A stretch of DNA of 64,000 nucleotides from the NCBI GenBank assembly GCA_965223865.1, contig OZ245020.1, positions 1,312,001 through 1,376,000 on the forward strand, in the 5' to 3' direction. Made by a program: the position numbers and the translations under genes. Of the stretch, positions 48,792 to 59,941 are shown one piece after another. The first letter of the stretch is position 1, and each line of letters opens with the position of its first letter. Below the pieces are notes generated by a model. It worked only from the letters and a program-made list of their open reading frames with translations, ran no database searches and had not been told where the DNA came from. This DNA comes from Nitrosarchaeum sp. Its GTDB lineage: Archaea; Thermoproteota; Nitrososphaeria; Nitrososphaerales; Nitrosopumilaceae.

Positions 48792-48835
48792 TATTAGAAC
48801 GATTTTCCAAGCTGCAATAAAATCTTGTGTTCGAT

Positions 48836-49243
48836 CTATGGTTTTCCATAAATTATAGGAGGTTTTGGTTCATCTACCGGATGGATTTCAGTTTTTAGCT
48901 GAATCTTTCCAAGTTCTTTATGTTCAATATCTAAAACTACAGGATGAATAGGCCAACCATACTTTGGAGGATTTGGAAACGGAACAATTTCTATAAATTC
49001 AGACTCTGAAAATGTCTTTTGAAACGATTTCTCCATCCCAAGAATCTCTAAAACTACATAATTTGTTTGCGCTGATTTATCAAGAAATGAAATCTCAACA
49101 TGACCTGAGTCATAGTATATTGCTTCAATTAGAAATGTTTCTCTAAGGATATCTTTGTCGTCATTTCCAGCCCCCGTCAAAAACAAAATTGCCAACACAC
49201 TAATTACTCCTAGAGAAATTGTTGAAACAATTTTTTTAGGCAT
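48836..49243 (-). CDS. membrane-anchored hypothetical protein
   Basis: N-terminal TM helix; overlaps aminopeptidase stop. Confidence 0.75.
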   Translation of the reverse strand: MPKKIVSTISLGVISVLAILFLTGAGNDDKDILRETFLIEAIYYDSGHVEISFLDKSAQTNYVVLEILGMEKSFQKTFSESEFIEIVPFPNPPKYGWPIHPVVLDIEHKELGKIQLKTEIHPVDEPKPPIIYGKP

Positions 49244-51737
49244 CTTTGAACTCTTTTCTCATATTCCTCAAGAATTTAGAATTTATTCTGATTCGTTCAA
49301 GTGTTTGAGCTTGAGTTCTTTCAGTTCCAGGAGTTGGATTTTTCTTAAAGAATTGTTTGATTTCTTTTTCCATCGAATCATCGGCAACTGATGAAATACT
49401 TGCAACAATTCTATTGAAAAGTGGGTTTCCATGCCCAACTTTTTTGTTTAGTTTTTTCCAGTTCGCTTTTAACCATGGCCATAGTACTTGTTTACCATAT
49501 GGATTTGCAGCCACTTTCATTATAGGCAATTGCATATTTTGAGACTTTACCTCAGAGGTTTGAGAAAAATTAAGTGACTTTTCAAGTAATTTTTTGTTTT
49601 TAAAACCACACATTGCTCCCAAAAAGCGAAGTTTTTCCTCCATTGTTTTCGCACTTTTGTAGAGATTAATTAGTTCAGAATGAGTCTTTGAATTTCCAGT
49701 CCATGCAGCAATTGAACAAATAGGTTCTATTAAATCAGGAGAAAGTGAGCTTTGAGATTTTAGAAATTTTCTGTATCTTTTTCTTGCTTCATCTAAAACT
49801 ACTTCGTCATCTAATTTACCTAAAGTTGAAATTGCAAAAGAACGTAACAGTGCATCAGTATGTTTATCTGATTTTTTAGGTTCCCATCCTAAATCAAATA
49901 AAATTTTTCTAAAATAGTTAATAGCATAACCCCGTATATCTTCAGAAAATTTTTCATCATATACACGAAAGAAAAGAGATGCCAAGTTATGAGCAACATT
50001 TACTGATGCAAGATAACTGTCTTCTTCATAATAAGCATCTGAAAAATCAAGATAATTCCTAACCTGCTCATTACCTGAAATACACAGAGAATAAAGATCA
50101 TTTTGTATTGCCCATCTATCAATAGGGGCAATTCTTTTTTGATCAACTAGCATCTTTAGGTCAAGTAAGATCCCTTCTCCATATTTCACACGATAGAATC
50201 CCCTTCGTCCATAATTGGCAACAAAGCCTACTGTTTTTTTAGGAATTTTTACTGTCATTGATTTTTTTGAAAACATCTTTTTTGAAATTTCTTTAGATAG
50301 CCCAATAGAAATAGGAATCATCCATTGACCTTTACTGAATTTTTTATCATGCTCAAGAAGGTATCTTCTCTGTTTCAAATAAAGAGTAGAGTCTTTTTGT
50401 TCAATCTCAACTAGTGGAAATCCTGATTGTTTTAGCCATGAATTTACCATATTGCTAACAGGCATTCTCGAGGCTTTTCCAATTTCATTCCATAAATCTT
50501 GTCCTTGGGCATTTTTGTATTTGAATTTTGAAAGATATTGTTTCAAGCCTTTTCTAAAATTTGTCTCACCGACGTAATGCTCTAACATTCTCAAAATACA
50601 TCCACCTTTGTCATAAGAGATTGCATCAAAAATCTCTCTAATTTCTGAAGGAGAGTGTACTTTAACATCTATTGGATGTGTGGTCTTTAGAGAATCAAGA
50701 CTCATTGCTACATTCATAGCATCTTCTACAAATTGATTCCACAAATCCCATTCAGGATAGAATTTATCTACAAACTTTGTGGCCATAAATGTTGCAAAAC
50801 TTTCATTTAACCACAAATCATTCCACCATTTCATAGTGACCAAATTTCCAAACCATTGGTGAGCTATCTCGTGAGATATTACTTCAGCAATGAATTGCTT
50901 TGTTCGAGTGGAAGATGTTTTAGGATCATAAAGTAAAATTGTCTCTCTAAATGTAATTGCCCCCCAGTTTTCCATTGCTCCTGCAGCAAAGTCTGGAACT
51001 GCAATCAAGTCAAGTTTAGGTAAAGGATATTTTATTCCAAAGTATTTTTCATATGAAGTTAACAATTTCTTTCCCAAGTTAAGTGAGAATTTTCCTTTTG
51101 ATTTGTTTCCTTTTGTAGTTACTACGCGAATCTGAACTTTTCCAATCTTGCTTGTAAGATATTCAAATTCACCCACACCAAGATAAATCAAATAAGTAGA
51201 AACAATTGATGTTTTTCCAAATTTGTAAAGTGTCTTACTTCCAATTTTCTTTTTTGATTCAACAGGCATGTTTGAGATTGCAGAAAATTTGTTGTCTGCA
51301 ATAATTGAAATTTCAAAAGTAGCTTTTGCTTCAGGCACATCCCAGCATGGAAATGCACGTCTTGCATCAGCTGCTTCAAATTGAGTAGTGGCAAGATACT
51401 TTATTTTTCCACCTTGTTTGTATTGGCTTCTATAAAATCCCAGTAATCGATCATTGAGAATTCCTTGAAATTCTATATGAAGAGTTGCTTTACCCTTAAT
51501 TTTCTCTTTTAGTTTGATTTGGAGTTCTTCTTTTTTTTCATTTGTTTTACTGGTAGATTTGATAATTTTACCGAATTGTTCAGAATGAATTGATTTTATT
51601 TTGATTTCTGCACAATCCATAATGATCGTGTCTGTTGATTTTTTACAATCAATTGTGATTACTTCTTGTCCTCTAAAAGTAAATTTTTTTAGATCAGGTT
51701 CAAATGTTATCTTGTAATTAATCGGAGTAGTATTCAC
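49236..51737 (-). CDS. M1 family aminopeptidase
   Basis: GAMEN, HEIAH-x18-E (WLNE), YDKG. Confidence 0.95.
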   Translation of the reverse strand: MNTTPINYKITFEPDLKKFTFRGQEVITIDCKKSTDTIIMDCAEIKIKSIHSEQFGKIIKSTSKTNEKKEELQIKLKEKIKGKATLHIEFQGILNDRLLGFYRSQYKQGGKIKYLATTQFEAADARRAFPCWDVPEAKATFEISIIADNKFSAISNMPVESKKKIGSKTLYKFGKTSIVSTYLIYLGVGEFEYLTSKIGKVQIRVVTTKGNKSKGKFSLNLGKKLLTSYEKYFGIKYPLPKLDLIAVPDFAAGAMENWGAITFRETILLYDPKTSSTRTKQFIAEVISHEIAHQWFGNLVTMKWWNDLWLNESFATFMATKFVDKFYPEWDLWNQFVEDAMNVAMSLDSLKTTHPIDVKVHSPSEIREIFDAISYDKGGCILRMLEHYVGETNFRKGLKQYLSKFKYKNAQGQDLWNEIGKASRMPVSNMVNSWLKQSGFPLVEIEQKDSTLYLKQRRYLLEHDKKFSKGQWMIPISIGLSKEISKKMFSKKSMTVKIPKKTVGFVANYGRRGFYRVKYGEGILLDLKMLVDQKRIAPIDRWAIQNDLYSLCISGNEQVRNYLDFSDAYYEEDSYLASVNVAHNLASLFFRVYDEKFSEDIRGYAINYFRKILFDLGWEPKKSDKHTDALLRSFAISTLGKLDDEVVLDEARKRYRKFLKSQSSLSPDLIEPICSIAAWTGNSKTHSELINLYKSAKTMEEKLRFLGAMCGFKNKKLLEKSLNFSQTSEVKSQNMQLPIMKVAANPYGKQVLWPWLKANWKKLNKKVGHGNPLFNRIVASISSVADDSMEKEIKQFFKKNPTPGTERTQAQTLERIRINSKFLRNMRKEFKDA

Positions 51738-52111
51738 ATGAGTTGTTCAATAATTAGCCTTTATGTAGATTTTCTATTTTGAATAATTTGGCGATCAAGA
51801 AAATAATTACAGAATATTTGAGCAAATATCGTTCAATGGCTTTATTACAAAATTTCATTTTCTAATTATTACTACAATTTTTAATAGGATATAATCATGC
51901 CAAAAAAATTGAACTGTTTTACACTTTAATCTTGATGTAGTTTTTTACTAAACTTATTCAGATATAATACAATCAAAAGAAACAACTGCTGATACTTTTT
52001 CAAACAAAATATAACAATAAAACAAAGTTGATGTTTTCCCTTACTGGATGTTGATTTTTTCTACAAGTATGTTGTAAAATCTTGTTCTATATCGTATAAT
52101 TAAAAAACAAT

Positions 52112-52243
52112 ATGATAAATTGTGTGAAACCACCTGTTGGAATACCGGGAAAGGATGACTTTTGCATAATTAACTGCTGTCCTAAATGCAATCGACATTT
52201 TTTGATCGATGCAGAAATTGAGATCCACAAAAAATATTGTTGA
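52112..52243 (+). CDS. small Zn-finger protein (43 aa, not in ORF track)
   Basis: MINCVKPP...CCPKCNRHF.....IEIHKKYC; C2HC-type spacing. Confidence 0.5.
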   Translation: MINCVKPPVGIPGKDDFCIINCCPKCNRHFLIDAEIEIHKKYC

Positions 52244-52358
52244 ACAATTCCTCCACTTTTGAGAACTTGTGGAGTTACTAGATGAAACTCTCAAAGATAT
52301 AATGCCTTCAAAATCAGTTCTCTGTTTATTCTTCTTTTTTTTTAATTTGCTGATGTTT

Positions 52359-52733
52359 TCATCTTTTTTTAGGATCCTCAGGATCTGTTATTGAAGCTAA
52401 TTCTGGTCTTGCCATCGTATAATAAACATGCATACAATTTTTTTCTCTACAAATTTGACACCATAAGCGACCATCTAGCAGTTTTACCTCTACGATGGAA
52501 TCTTTAAGATGCTTATCTCGAAGTAAGATTCCGTTTTTATCTGTACCTACAAAGGATAAATGAGCAGCATAACCCTTTAACCATTTGTCTTTTTCTATAG
52601 CTTGTAGTATTGTATCTAAAACCCATGAAGATAATTTTTTATCCTCAGAGGTTTGCTCCCATGCTTTTCTTATGATATCATGAGTTTTTTTGGCCATTGT
52701 CAAATTGATTTGACGTGCAGTACTTCTGGGCAT
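52359..52733 (-). CDS. hypothetical protein with RHH-like N-terminus and C-terminal Zn site
   Basis: QINLTM....HD helix pair; LWC..C....C.HV.Y. Confidence 0.7.
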   Translation of the reverse strand: MPRSTARQINLTMAKKTHDIIRKAWEQTSEDKKLSSWVLDTILQAIEKDKWLKGYAAHLSFVGTDKNGILLRDKHLKDSIVEVKLLDGRLWCQICREKNCMHVYYTMARPELASITDPEDPKKR

Positions 52734-52941
52734 ATGTTTTATCAGACCTACTAGATTTTTAATATTTTGATCGCACCTATTGGCATATTTTTTTTAATAA
52801 TATACACAAAATTTAATAGCCTGTACTATTAATATTAGTACATAATAAAATGATTGCTATTGTTAATATATTAAATTGTGAATTAGATAAAAAAAATAAC
52901 TCTACAAAAAATTTCTTAGTTTTAATGGAACCTGCTGAATT

Positions 52942-54705
52942 ATGTGTTCGATAATTGGATGTGTTTCAAACTCTGATGCATCTGTACCAATAGTAAAAGC
53001 TCTTCGAAGAATGGAATATAGAGGATATGATAGTGTAGGAATAGCTACTAATCAGGGTTCAGAAATATTGGTAAAAAAAGGAATAGGTAAGGTAAATAAT
53101 GTCAATACAAATCTTCACCTTGATACTTTACCCGGACATGTTGGAATAGGTCATACTAGATGGGCTACACACGGAAAAGTTAATACTAAAAACGCACATC
53201 CTCATCTCTGTGCAGATAATTCCATAGCTGTTGTTCATAATGGAATAATTGAAAACTATTCTGATTTAAAAAAAGAAATTGAAAAAACAGGAGTTAAATT
53301 TAGAAGTGATACGGATACCGAAGTAATTCCAAATCTTATGGGATTGAATTTTCAAAAATCAGGAAACATTAAAGAGATGTTAATGAAGACTTGTGCTAGT
53401 CTGAAAGGACAATACAGTTTTGTAGGTATGGTAAAAAATGGCCCATTAGTAGCTGCCAGATTCCATGAGCCTCTAATTATCGGAATAGGAAAAGACGAAT
53501 ATTTTCTTTCAAGTGATGTCTTAGGCTTTATCGAAAAAACTGATCAAGCAATTTATCTTAAAAATGAACAATTTGTAATAATGGATGATAAAGGATTTCA
53601 AATTTATGATTTTAAAGGTAATCCAGCTCCATATGAGACAGTCACAGTTTCAAAACAATTCCATGATTTTGACAAGAAGGGATTTGAGCATTTTACAAGA
53701 AAAGAAATCTTTGAACAACCCACTACAATTCAAAATTCAGTAAATAATCCAAGTAATAACTGGAAAACTTTTGCAGATATAATTCAAAAATCTTCAAATG
53801 TCTATATTACTGGTAGTGGAACTAGTTATAATACTGCACTTGTTGCAAAGTACCTATTTCCAACACATACAGCAACTTCGCCTGAAACCATAATGTCAAG
53901 TGAAATGAACTATTCACAAAATAGACTGAAAAAAAATTCGTTATTAATTGCCATATCACAAAGTGGAGAAAGTGCAGATGTGTTAGAGGCAGCATCCATT
54001 GCTAGACAAAAAGGTTTGAATGTCATATCTATTGTAAATTCTCTGACTTCTTCACTTGAAAGAGAATCAGATGCGGCATTAGGACTACATTGTGGACCTG
54101 AAATAGGAGTAGCTGCCACTAAAAGCTTTACTTCTCAATTGGTAATTTTTTATAAAATTATGGAGCATCTTTCTGATCAAAATCTAGCATTTGATTTTGC
54201 TCTAGTTTCAAAGGCAATATCTAAAATTCTCGATGAAGAGCCAAGTATAATGAAACTTGCAAAAGAGCTAAAACACGCTTCAGACATTTACATATTGGGA
54301 AGAGGAATTCATTATCCAATCGCAAAAGAAGGCGCACTAAAAATAAAAGAACTATCATACATTCATGCTGAAGGCTTTCCAACTGGAGAATTAAAACATG
54401 GGCCTCTTGCCTTAATGGACAAATCATGTTTTGTTATTGTTATAAACCCTGAGGACAGTGCATATCAAGATAACATATCTAATATTTTAGAAGTCAAATC
54501 ACGCGGTGCAAAAATAATCGGTATTTCAAATAAAAATCACGAAACATATGATTATTGGATTAAAATTCCTAAAATGGACCCAGATATACTTTATCCACTA
54601 GTAGAAATAATTCCGTTCCAACTATTAGCATATTATACTGCTTTAGAAAGAGGAGAGGATCCTGATTATCCAAGAAATCTAGCAAAATGCGTTACTGTAA
54701 AATAA
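52942..54705 (+). CDS. glmS: glutamine--fructose-6-phosphate transaminase (isomerizing)
   Basis: N-terminal Cys, EYRGYDS, GHTRWATHG, HNG, SQSGE, ATKSF, ELKHGP, PRNLAK.VTV. Confidence 0.96.
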   Translation: MCSIIGCVSNSDASVPIVKALRRMEYRGYDSVGIATNQGSEILVKKGIGKVNNVNTNLHLDTLPGHVGIGHTRWATHGKVNTKNAHPHLCADNSIAVVHNGIIENYSDLKKEIEKTGVKFRSDTDTEVIPNLMGLNFQKSGNIKEMLMKTCASLKGQYSFVGMVKNGPLVAARFHEPLIIGIGKDEYFLSSDVLGFIEKTDQAIYLKNEQFVIMDDKGFQIYDFKGNPAPYETVTVSKQFHDFDKKGFEHFTRKEIFEQPTTIQNSVNNPSNNWKTFADIIQKSSNVYITGSGTSYNTALVAKYLFPTHTATSPETIMSSEMNYSQNRLKKNSLLIAISQSGESADVLEAASIARQKGLNVISIVNSLTSSLERESDAALGLHCGPEIGVAATKSFTSQLVIFYKIMEHLSDQNLAFDFALVSKAISKILDEEPSIMKLAKELKHASDIYILGRGIHYPIAKEGALKIKELSYIHAEGFPTGELKHGPLALMDKSCFVIVINPEDSAYQDNISNILEVKSRGAKIIGISNKNHETYDYWIKIPKMDPDILYPLVEIIPFQLLAYYTALERGEDPDYPRNLAKCVTVK

Positions 54706-54921
54706 AATAAATCTTCTTAAAATTAATTTTAAAACCATCAAAATCGATGCCTTCATTAATTTCTGATAGAATTTGTCATTAAATCATATGGTGAATTAAA
54801 CTTCATTGGGATTTTTATTTTTAATTATTAGTAAACCTCCTAGGAACAATTTTTTTCAATGTTTCGCTAATTCGAAAATCAAATAAACCCTTTAAAATAT
54901 ACAAAATAAAGGTAATTATTC

Positions 54922-55344
54922 ATGAAACAAAAAACAGCATCAAGAAATATCAAGATTCTAGTAGCAAAATTAGGACTCGATGGTCATGATAGAGGCGCTT
55001 TAGTGCTTTGTAGGGCCTTTAGAGATGCCGGGATGGAAGTTATCTATTCAGGATTATTTGCAACACCAGAAAGAGTAGCACAAATTGCTGAAGATGAAGA
55101 TGTAGATGCAATTGCAATGAGCCTTCTTAATGGAGCACATGGAACCTTATTCCCAAGAGTAGTAAAGGCATTAAAAAAGAAGGGAATCAAAGACGTTCTT
55201 GTCGTTGGAGGCGGGGTAATTCCAGAAGTAGATCACAAGGCATTAACCAAAGCAGGTATTGATCATGTATTTGGTCCAGGAACACCATTACCTACAATCA
55301 TCGATCATATCACATTAGGTGTTTCAAAATTAAGAAAGATTTAG
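54922..55344 (+). CDS. mcmB: methylmalonyl-CoA mutase, small cobalamin-binding subunit
   Basis: AKLGLDGHDRG (DxHxxG), S.L.G.H, GGGVIP. Confidence 0.93.
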   Translation: MKQKTASRNIKILVAKLGLDGHDRGALVLCRAFRDAGMEVIYSGLFATPERVAQIAEDEDVDAIAMSLLNGAHGTLFPRVVKALKKKGIKDVLVVGGGVIPEVDHKALTKAGIDHVFGPGTPLPTIIDHITLGVSKLRKI

Positions 55345-55347
55345 GAA

Positions 55348-55533
55348 CTATTCTACACTAAAGGAATCACATCCAGAAGTACAAGGCTTATTCATTACGC
55401 CTTCACATTTTCCAAATTCATCATGCATGATTCTATGATGCCCACATATTCTACATTTTTCTCTAAAATAAGAAATAAGTTCTTTCTCTGATAGTTCTGA
55501 CTTTACAATTTTAATTTCTGTTGAATCTGCCAT
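55348..55533 (-). CDS. small Cys/His hypothetical protein
   Basis: C..CGH....H.....C......C...C. Confidence 0.65.
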   Translation of the reverse strand: MADSTEIKIVKSELSEKELISYFREKCRICGHHRIMHDEFGKCEGVMNKPCTSGCDSFSVE

Positions 55534-55595
55534 TTCAAATACTGTAACTCATTGTTCTTGATAAATATTCAAAAAAATAAGGAAAAATGATTTGA

Positions 55596-56498
55596 CTAAA
55601 CCCTTGGAATAATACTTAGTTTCGACTTTGCAGATACTGCAATTATAGATATTATTGCAACTGCCAGTATCATTGCCGCAATTGTTCCAAACTCAGGAAC
55701 TACATTAAAGTATAGTATTTCACCTGTAGGCCCAGTCCAATTTGCCTCATCTTCAGGTAACCCAAATCCAAGTAACATTACTTCAATGTCCACTGCATCA
55801 TCAGATGCTAATGGTGCTGTTGTATGCATTCCATTTCCTTCATGTTCGTGAGCTCCTAAAACAGAAAGAATTTTGTCGTCATTTTGTGTTGCACTGATAT
55901 CATAATTGGCATGTTGAATTAATCCACCACCACTTGAATCTCTGAATTTTATGTCAATAGACATTGATTCATTTGCAACAGGATTACTTGATGTTATCTC
56001 TACTCGTACTTTTCCATCTGAAGACATTCCTGTAACTGTAGTTTCTTCTGTAGATGGTGCTTCTACTACAAGTGTGGCTGTAGGTTGGGCACCTGCTTCC
56101 TGAACAACTACAATTCCTTGCATCCATGGATGAACCATGCAGAAGTAGTCGTAGTTACCAGGTTCGTAACCGTCGAACTTGACAGAAAATGTAGATCCTG
56201 CCATGAACAAGCTACTATCAAATAGACCATCAGGTCCATCAGCTGGAGTTCCAGATGTTACAGTATGTGCTGCAGTGTCATCATTTGTCCATGTGACTTC
56301 ACCACCAACATCGATTGTTACCTCGTATGGAAGATAACATTCGTTTGTTTCTTCACATCCTGGAACTGAGGTACCTGCAGGAGTACTAACAGTTGCAGTC
56401 GGATAATCTGCAAATACAGGCGAAGCACTAAGCATAATAGCAGTTACAAATACTGCCATAAATGGAAATACCGTTTTTGTTTGTATTTTCATTAACAA
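55596..56498 (-). CDS. cupredoxin-domain surface protein with PEFG-CTERM sorting signal
   Basis: Signal peptide; HTVTSG and YFC.VHPWM.G type-1 Cu ligands; VPEFG plus TM and basic tail. Confidence 0.93.
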   Translation of the reverse strand: MLMKIQTKTVFPFMAVFVTAIMLSASPVFADYPTATVSTPAGTSVPGCEETNECYLPYEVTIDVGGEVTWTNDDTAAHTVTSGTPADGPDGLFDSSLFMAGSTFSVKFDGYEPGNYDYFCMVHPWMQGIVVVQEAGAQPTATLVVEAPSTEETTVTGMSSDGKVRVEITSSNPVANESMSIDIKFRDSSGGGLIQHANYDISATQNDDKILSVLGAHEHEGNGMHTTAPLASDDAVDIEVMLLGFGLPEDEANWTGPTGEILYFNVVPEFGTIAAMILAVAIISIIAVSAKSKLSIIPRV

Positions 56499-56647
56499 AA
56501 ATTTGTACAGAAAGATAAAAAACTTGTTGTTATGATTGGAGTAAGTATCCGTTTGATAATTTTAGTATTTTTTTGTATAGAATAATTTTACTTTTTAGAA
56601 TTAAATAAAATAAAACGATTTTGAATAATTCCCAGCATTTTTTGAAA

Positions 56648-57646
56648 TTATTCAGTGGAATCAGGCCACATCATTTTGCGCATTTCTTTACCAACTTCTT
56701 CAATTTGGTGTGCATCATACTCTTTCATGTATTTGTCAAATGCATCTTTGCCATTTTTTTGATATTCAGAAATCCATTCGTTGTTAAAGGTACCGTCTTG
56801 AATCATGGTAAGAACTTTCTTCATGTTCTCTTTGTTTGTACTATCCATGACCATTGGGCCACGAGTTAAACCACCATATCTTGCAGTCTCACTTACACGT
56901 CTCCACATACCATTGATTCCATATCTTTGAATCATATCTACGATGAGTTTTAGTTCATGTAACACCTCAAAGTATGCAATTTCTGGTTGATATCCTGCCT
57001 CAACTAGAGTTTCAAATGCATTTGTAACCATGGAAGCTGCTCCACCGCAAAGGTCAGCTTGTTCGCCAAACCAATCAGTCTCGACTTCTTCTTTAAAGGT
57101 AGTTTTAATTAATCCAGCTCTTGCACTTCCTATCGCTTTTGCAATTCCTAGTGTTCGGTCCCATGCCTTTCCTGTAAAGTCTTGATCAACTGCAACAATT
57201 GATGGAGTACCAAAATTATCAAGATATGTCTCTCTTACTTTTGAACCCGGTCCTTTTGGTGCAATCATAATAAGATCAACGTTATTTGGTGCTTCAATCC
57301 ATTTCCAATAGATTGCAGCTGCATGTGAAAATGAAAGTGCCTTTCCTTCAGAAAGATTTGGTCCAATATCATCTTGGTACACTTGACCTTGAATCATATC
57401 CGGAATTAATATATGAATGATATCTGCTTGTTTTGTAGCATCTGCAACAGACATTACTTTATGACCGTCGGATTCGGCTTTTTTCCAGCTGTTACCCCCT
57501 TCCTTAAGACCGATTATTACATTGAGGCCAGAGTCTTTCATGTTGTTTGCCTGAGCATCACCTTGTATTCCGTAACCAATTACAGCAATTGTTTGATCTT
57601 TAATTGGGTCGATGCTAATTTCGTTATCTTTCCATGTTTTTGCCAT
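56648..57646 (-). CDS. ilvC: ketol-acid reductoisomerase
   Basis: GYG.QG, APKGPG, E.ETD.FGEQ..LCGG, AYFE.LHE.KLIVD. Confidence 0.96.
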   Translation of the reverse strand: MAKTWKDNEISIDPIKDQTIAVIGYGIQGDAQANNMKDSGLNVIIGLKEGGNSWKKAESDGHKVMSVADATKQADIIHILIPDMIQGQVYQDDIGPNLSEGKALSFSHAAAIYWKWIEAPNNVDLIMIAPKGPGSKVRETYLDNFGTPSIVAVDQDFTGKAWDRTLGIAKAIGSARAGLIKTTFKEEVETDWFGEQADLCGGAASMVTNAFETLVEAGYQPEIAYFEVLHELKLIVDMIQRYGINGMWRRVSETARYGGLTRGPMVMDSTNKENMKKVLTMIQDGTFNNEWISEYQKNGKDAFDKYMKEYDAHQIEEVGKEMRKMMWPDSTE

Positions 57647-57685
57647 GATTAGATACTAAAATACTGCAAATATTAACTATGGAAT

Positions 57686-57805
57686 TTAGATTTCAATAAT
57701 CTTGTCACAAGAGCGGCATTTCACAGTTACTTTCTCACCGGATAACCGTACAAATCTCTTTGAACCACAATTTGGACAAATAGGGCAAGCTCGTATAGGT
57801 TCCAT
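57686..57805 (-). CDS. Zn-ribbon micro-protein (39 aa, not in ORF track)
   Basis: MEPIRACPICPNCGSKRF......VKCRSCDKIIEI; start overlaps nadM stop (TAATG). Confidence 0.7.
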   Translation of the reverse strand: MEPIRACPICPNCGSKRFVRLSGEKVTVKCRSCDKIIEI

Positions 57806-58335
57806 TAATGTTCAGTGGGTTTTGTATCGGATACAGAGATTACCTTTAGTCTATTTGCACCATTAATTTTTTCAATGTGTTGTGAAACTGCTTTTGGCAC
57901 AATCTCTTGCCAGTTTTCATCATTAATTATCATTGAGCGAATTTTGGTTGCGTTGTATTGTTCTCTATCTAAAAATTTAGGAGGTACAACTTTAATTTCA
58001 GAGTCAGCTAAAAGCATAGAAACATAATCATTTCCACTATACACTTTATCAAATTGCGGCAATGCAGCCTTGAGATAAGATGCCCAGGTTGCGATATTGA
58101 ATTGATTTTCAATTCCAATGACAAAACATCGTGATAGATCAACATCAGATTCTTTTAAAGAGTTATGAATCATTTCAATTCTTTCGCCAGCTGTAAAAGG
58201 ATCTTTTTCTAAATAGTTAAACTGAGAGCTAGTAACTGCAATAATTATCTCATCACATTCATCTAGTATTTTTTTTACTAAATCCAAATGTCCTAAATGA
58301 AAAGGCTGGAATCTGCCCATCATTAACCCTCGCAT
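57805..58335 (-). CDS. nadM: nicotinamide-nucleotide adenylyltransferase
   Basis: GRFQPFHLGH, PFTAGER, AT.IR. Confidence 0.92.
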   Translation of the reverse strand: MRGLMMGRFQPFHLGHLDLVKKILDECDEIIIAVTSSQFNYLEKDPFTAGERIEMIHNSLKESDVDLSRCFVIGIENQFNIATWASYLKAALPQFDKVYSGNDYVSMLLADSEIKVVPPKFLDREQYNATKIRSMIINDENWQEIVPKAVSQHIEKINGANRLKVISVSDTKPTEH

Positions 58336-58406
58336 AATTTGAGATTAATTTTGGTTTAATTAAATCAGTCCATCATTGACGAATATTACTATTTTGTAAA
58401 AAAATT

Positions 58407-59330
58407 CTATTTGATTTGACCGCTTCCAACAATTCGAATTGTAGTTGACTCTGGTTTCAAAATCACAGCAATATCTCCTGAATTACAAACTATGGGCTTT
58501 TCAAAGTATAATTTCAACGGTGAAATTGACGAGAATTTTGCAGCTCTTATTTGCAAACCAATACTGACAAGACATCCTTGATTTTCAGCTATTTCTCCTT
58601 TGTAATACTGATTTTTTGTAAAATCCAGCTCGATTTCAGATTTTACCTTAACTGAATCGCCTTCAGAAATCACATCTCCTCTTCCAACATCGTCTGGTTT
58701 TGCACCTTTTACTGCAAGACCAACTCTTGCAGGACACACAGATTCATCAACAGGGTCATCGTGCATTTGAATAGATTTTATCATAACATCAATTCCTGCA
58801 GGGTAAAGTTTTAGATTATCATATTGCTTTATTTTTCCAGATGTAACTTTTCCCAGAATTACTGTCCCTACACCTTTTACATCAAAACAATGGTCAATTA
58901 TCATCTTTGATTTTCCTTCAATTGAAATTGGCTCAAATTTGTCAATCTCTTCTTTAATCTTGTTTTGGTCTATCTTTGCATATTTTTCTAGAACCGTTCC
59001 TTTGATCATTGCCTCTAATCTTGATTCATCTACATCAAAGGTATGCGATAAAACTCCTTTGTCTTTTTTTAGAGAATCCAGTGCTAGGATTTGTTCACCT
59101 GTGAATTTATCAAGTTTATCAACATGAAAGATTACAAACTCTGCAAGGTTAATTGCTTGAAACAATGGTTGAATTTTGTCAGGGAATCCGTTTGGAGTAA
59201 CCCACGTTTTAATTATATCTGATTCTTTTCTGTCATACAGAGAAAGATCTGTTACTGTTCCTTTTTTGCCAAACTCTGACGCAATGTCTTGTTTTCCTAA
59301 AACTACAAAGTTAATGGATTTTACCAACAA
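58407..59330 (-). CDS. EF-Tu/SelB-like protein with degenerate GTPase domain
   Basis: GKKGT.TD N-terminus; IDH.F.VKGVGTV.LG, KSIQMHD, RVGLA.KG, RGDVI. Confidence 0.8.
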   Translation of the reverse strand: MLVKSINFVVLGKQDIASEFGKKGTVTDLSLYDRKESDIIKTWVTPNGFPDKIQPLFQAINLAEFVIFHVDKLDKFTGEQILALDSLKKDKGVLSHTFDVDESRLEAMIKGTVLEKYAKIDQNKIKEEIDKFEPISIEGKSKMIIDHCFDVKGVGTVILGKVTSGKIKQYDNLKLYPAGIDVMIKSIQMHDDPVDESVCPARVGLAVKGAKPDDVGRGDVISEGDSVKVKSEIELDFTKNQYYKGEIAENQGCLVSIGLQIRAAKFSSISPLKLYFEKPIVCNSGDIAVILKPESTTIRIVGSGQIK

Positions 59331-59480
59331 GTTTTGAGCTAAAAATCGACCTTATGAAGTTTTGAATTTTTTGTGGCCAAATGTTTCTCATAAAATATGT
59401 CTTAACAGTTTTGATTCAAGATCGATTAAAGATTTTATTTTGATTCAAAAACGGACATTTTTTAAAATTTATATTGATAT

Positions 59481-59771
59481 TTGGATCGCCAAGTTTTTAC
59501 GCATGTAATATTGATGATTATATCGTTGAAGATCAAAATTTTGCAAAATGACAATATCATTCGGATTTATCATTCTCCCAAGGACGTAGTAGTCAAACCT
59601 AAAGGAAAGAGAGTAGAGCTGTATGATAGCAATGGTCTTCTGACTGACTCTTATGATCTAATTGATAAAAATTTGTCATGGCTAGAAGATAACGAAACTG
59701 ACTGTTCTGAAATATTGCTGACTTTGACTGTAGGAAAGCAAGTTTCTCAAGAAAATGTCAATTACGTCTAA
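59481..59771 (+). CDS. hypothetical protein
   Basis: 96-aa ORF; start uncertain. Confidence 0.55.
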   Translation: MDRQVFTHVILMIISLKIKILQNDNIIRIYHSPKDVVVKPKGKRVELYDSNGLLTDSYDLIDKNLSWLEDNETDCSEILLTLTVGKQVSQENVNYV

Positions 59772-59941
59772 AATACAGTAAATTTAATCTTCAGTAAATT
59801 TGAAAATTTCAAGAATTTCTCAATTTCTATTTCTAATCTAAAGAAAACTAACCACAACTTTTCTAGGCGATCAAAAGTTTCTAATTACTGAAAAATCTAA
59901 GTTATGGAAATTAAAAATAATTAATATTTGGCAGATTCAAA

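Noticed and set aside
52740-52941. glmS ribozyme upstream of glmS
   Set aside because: Very AT-rich leader with no conserved ribozyme core visible
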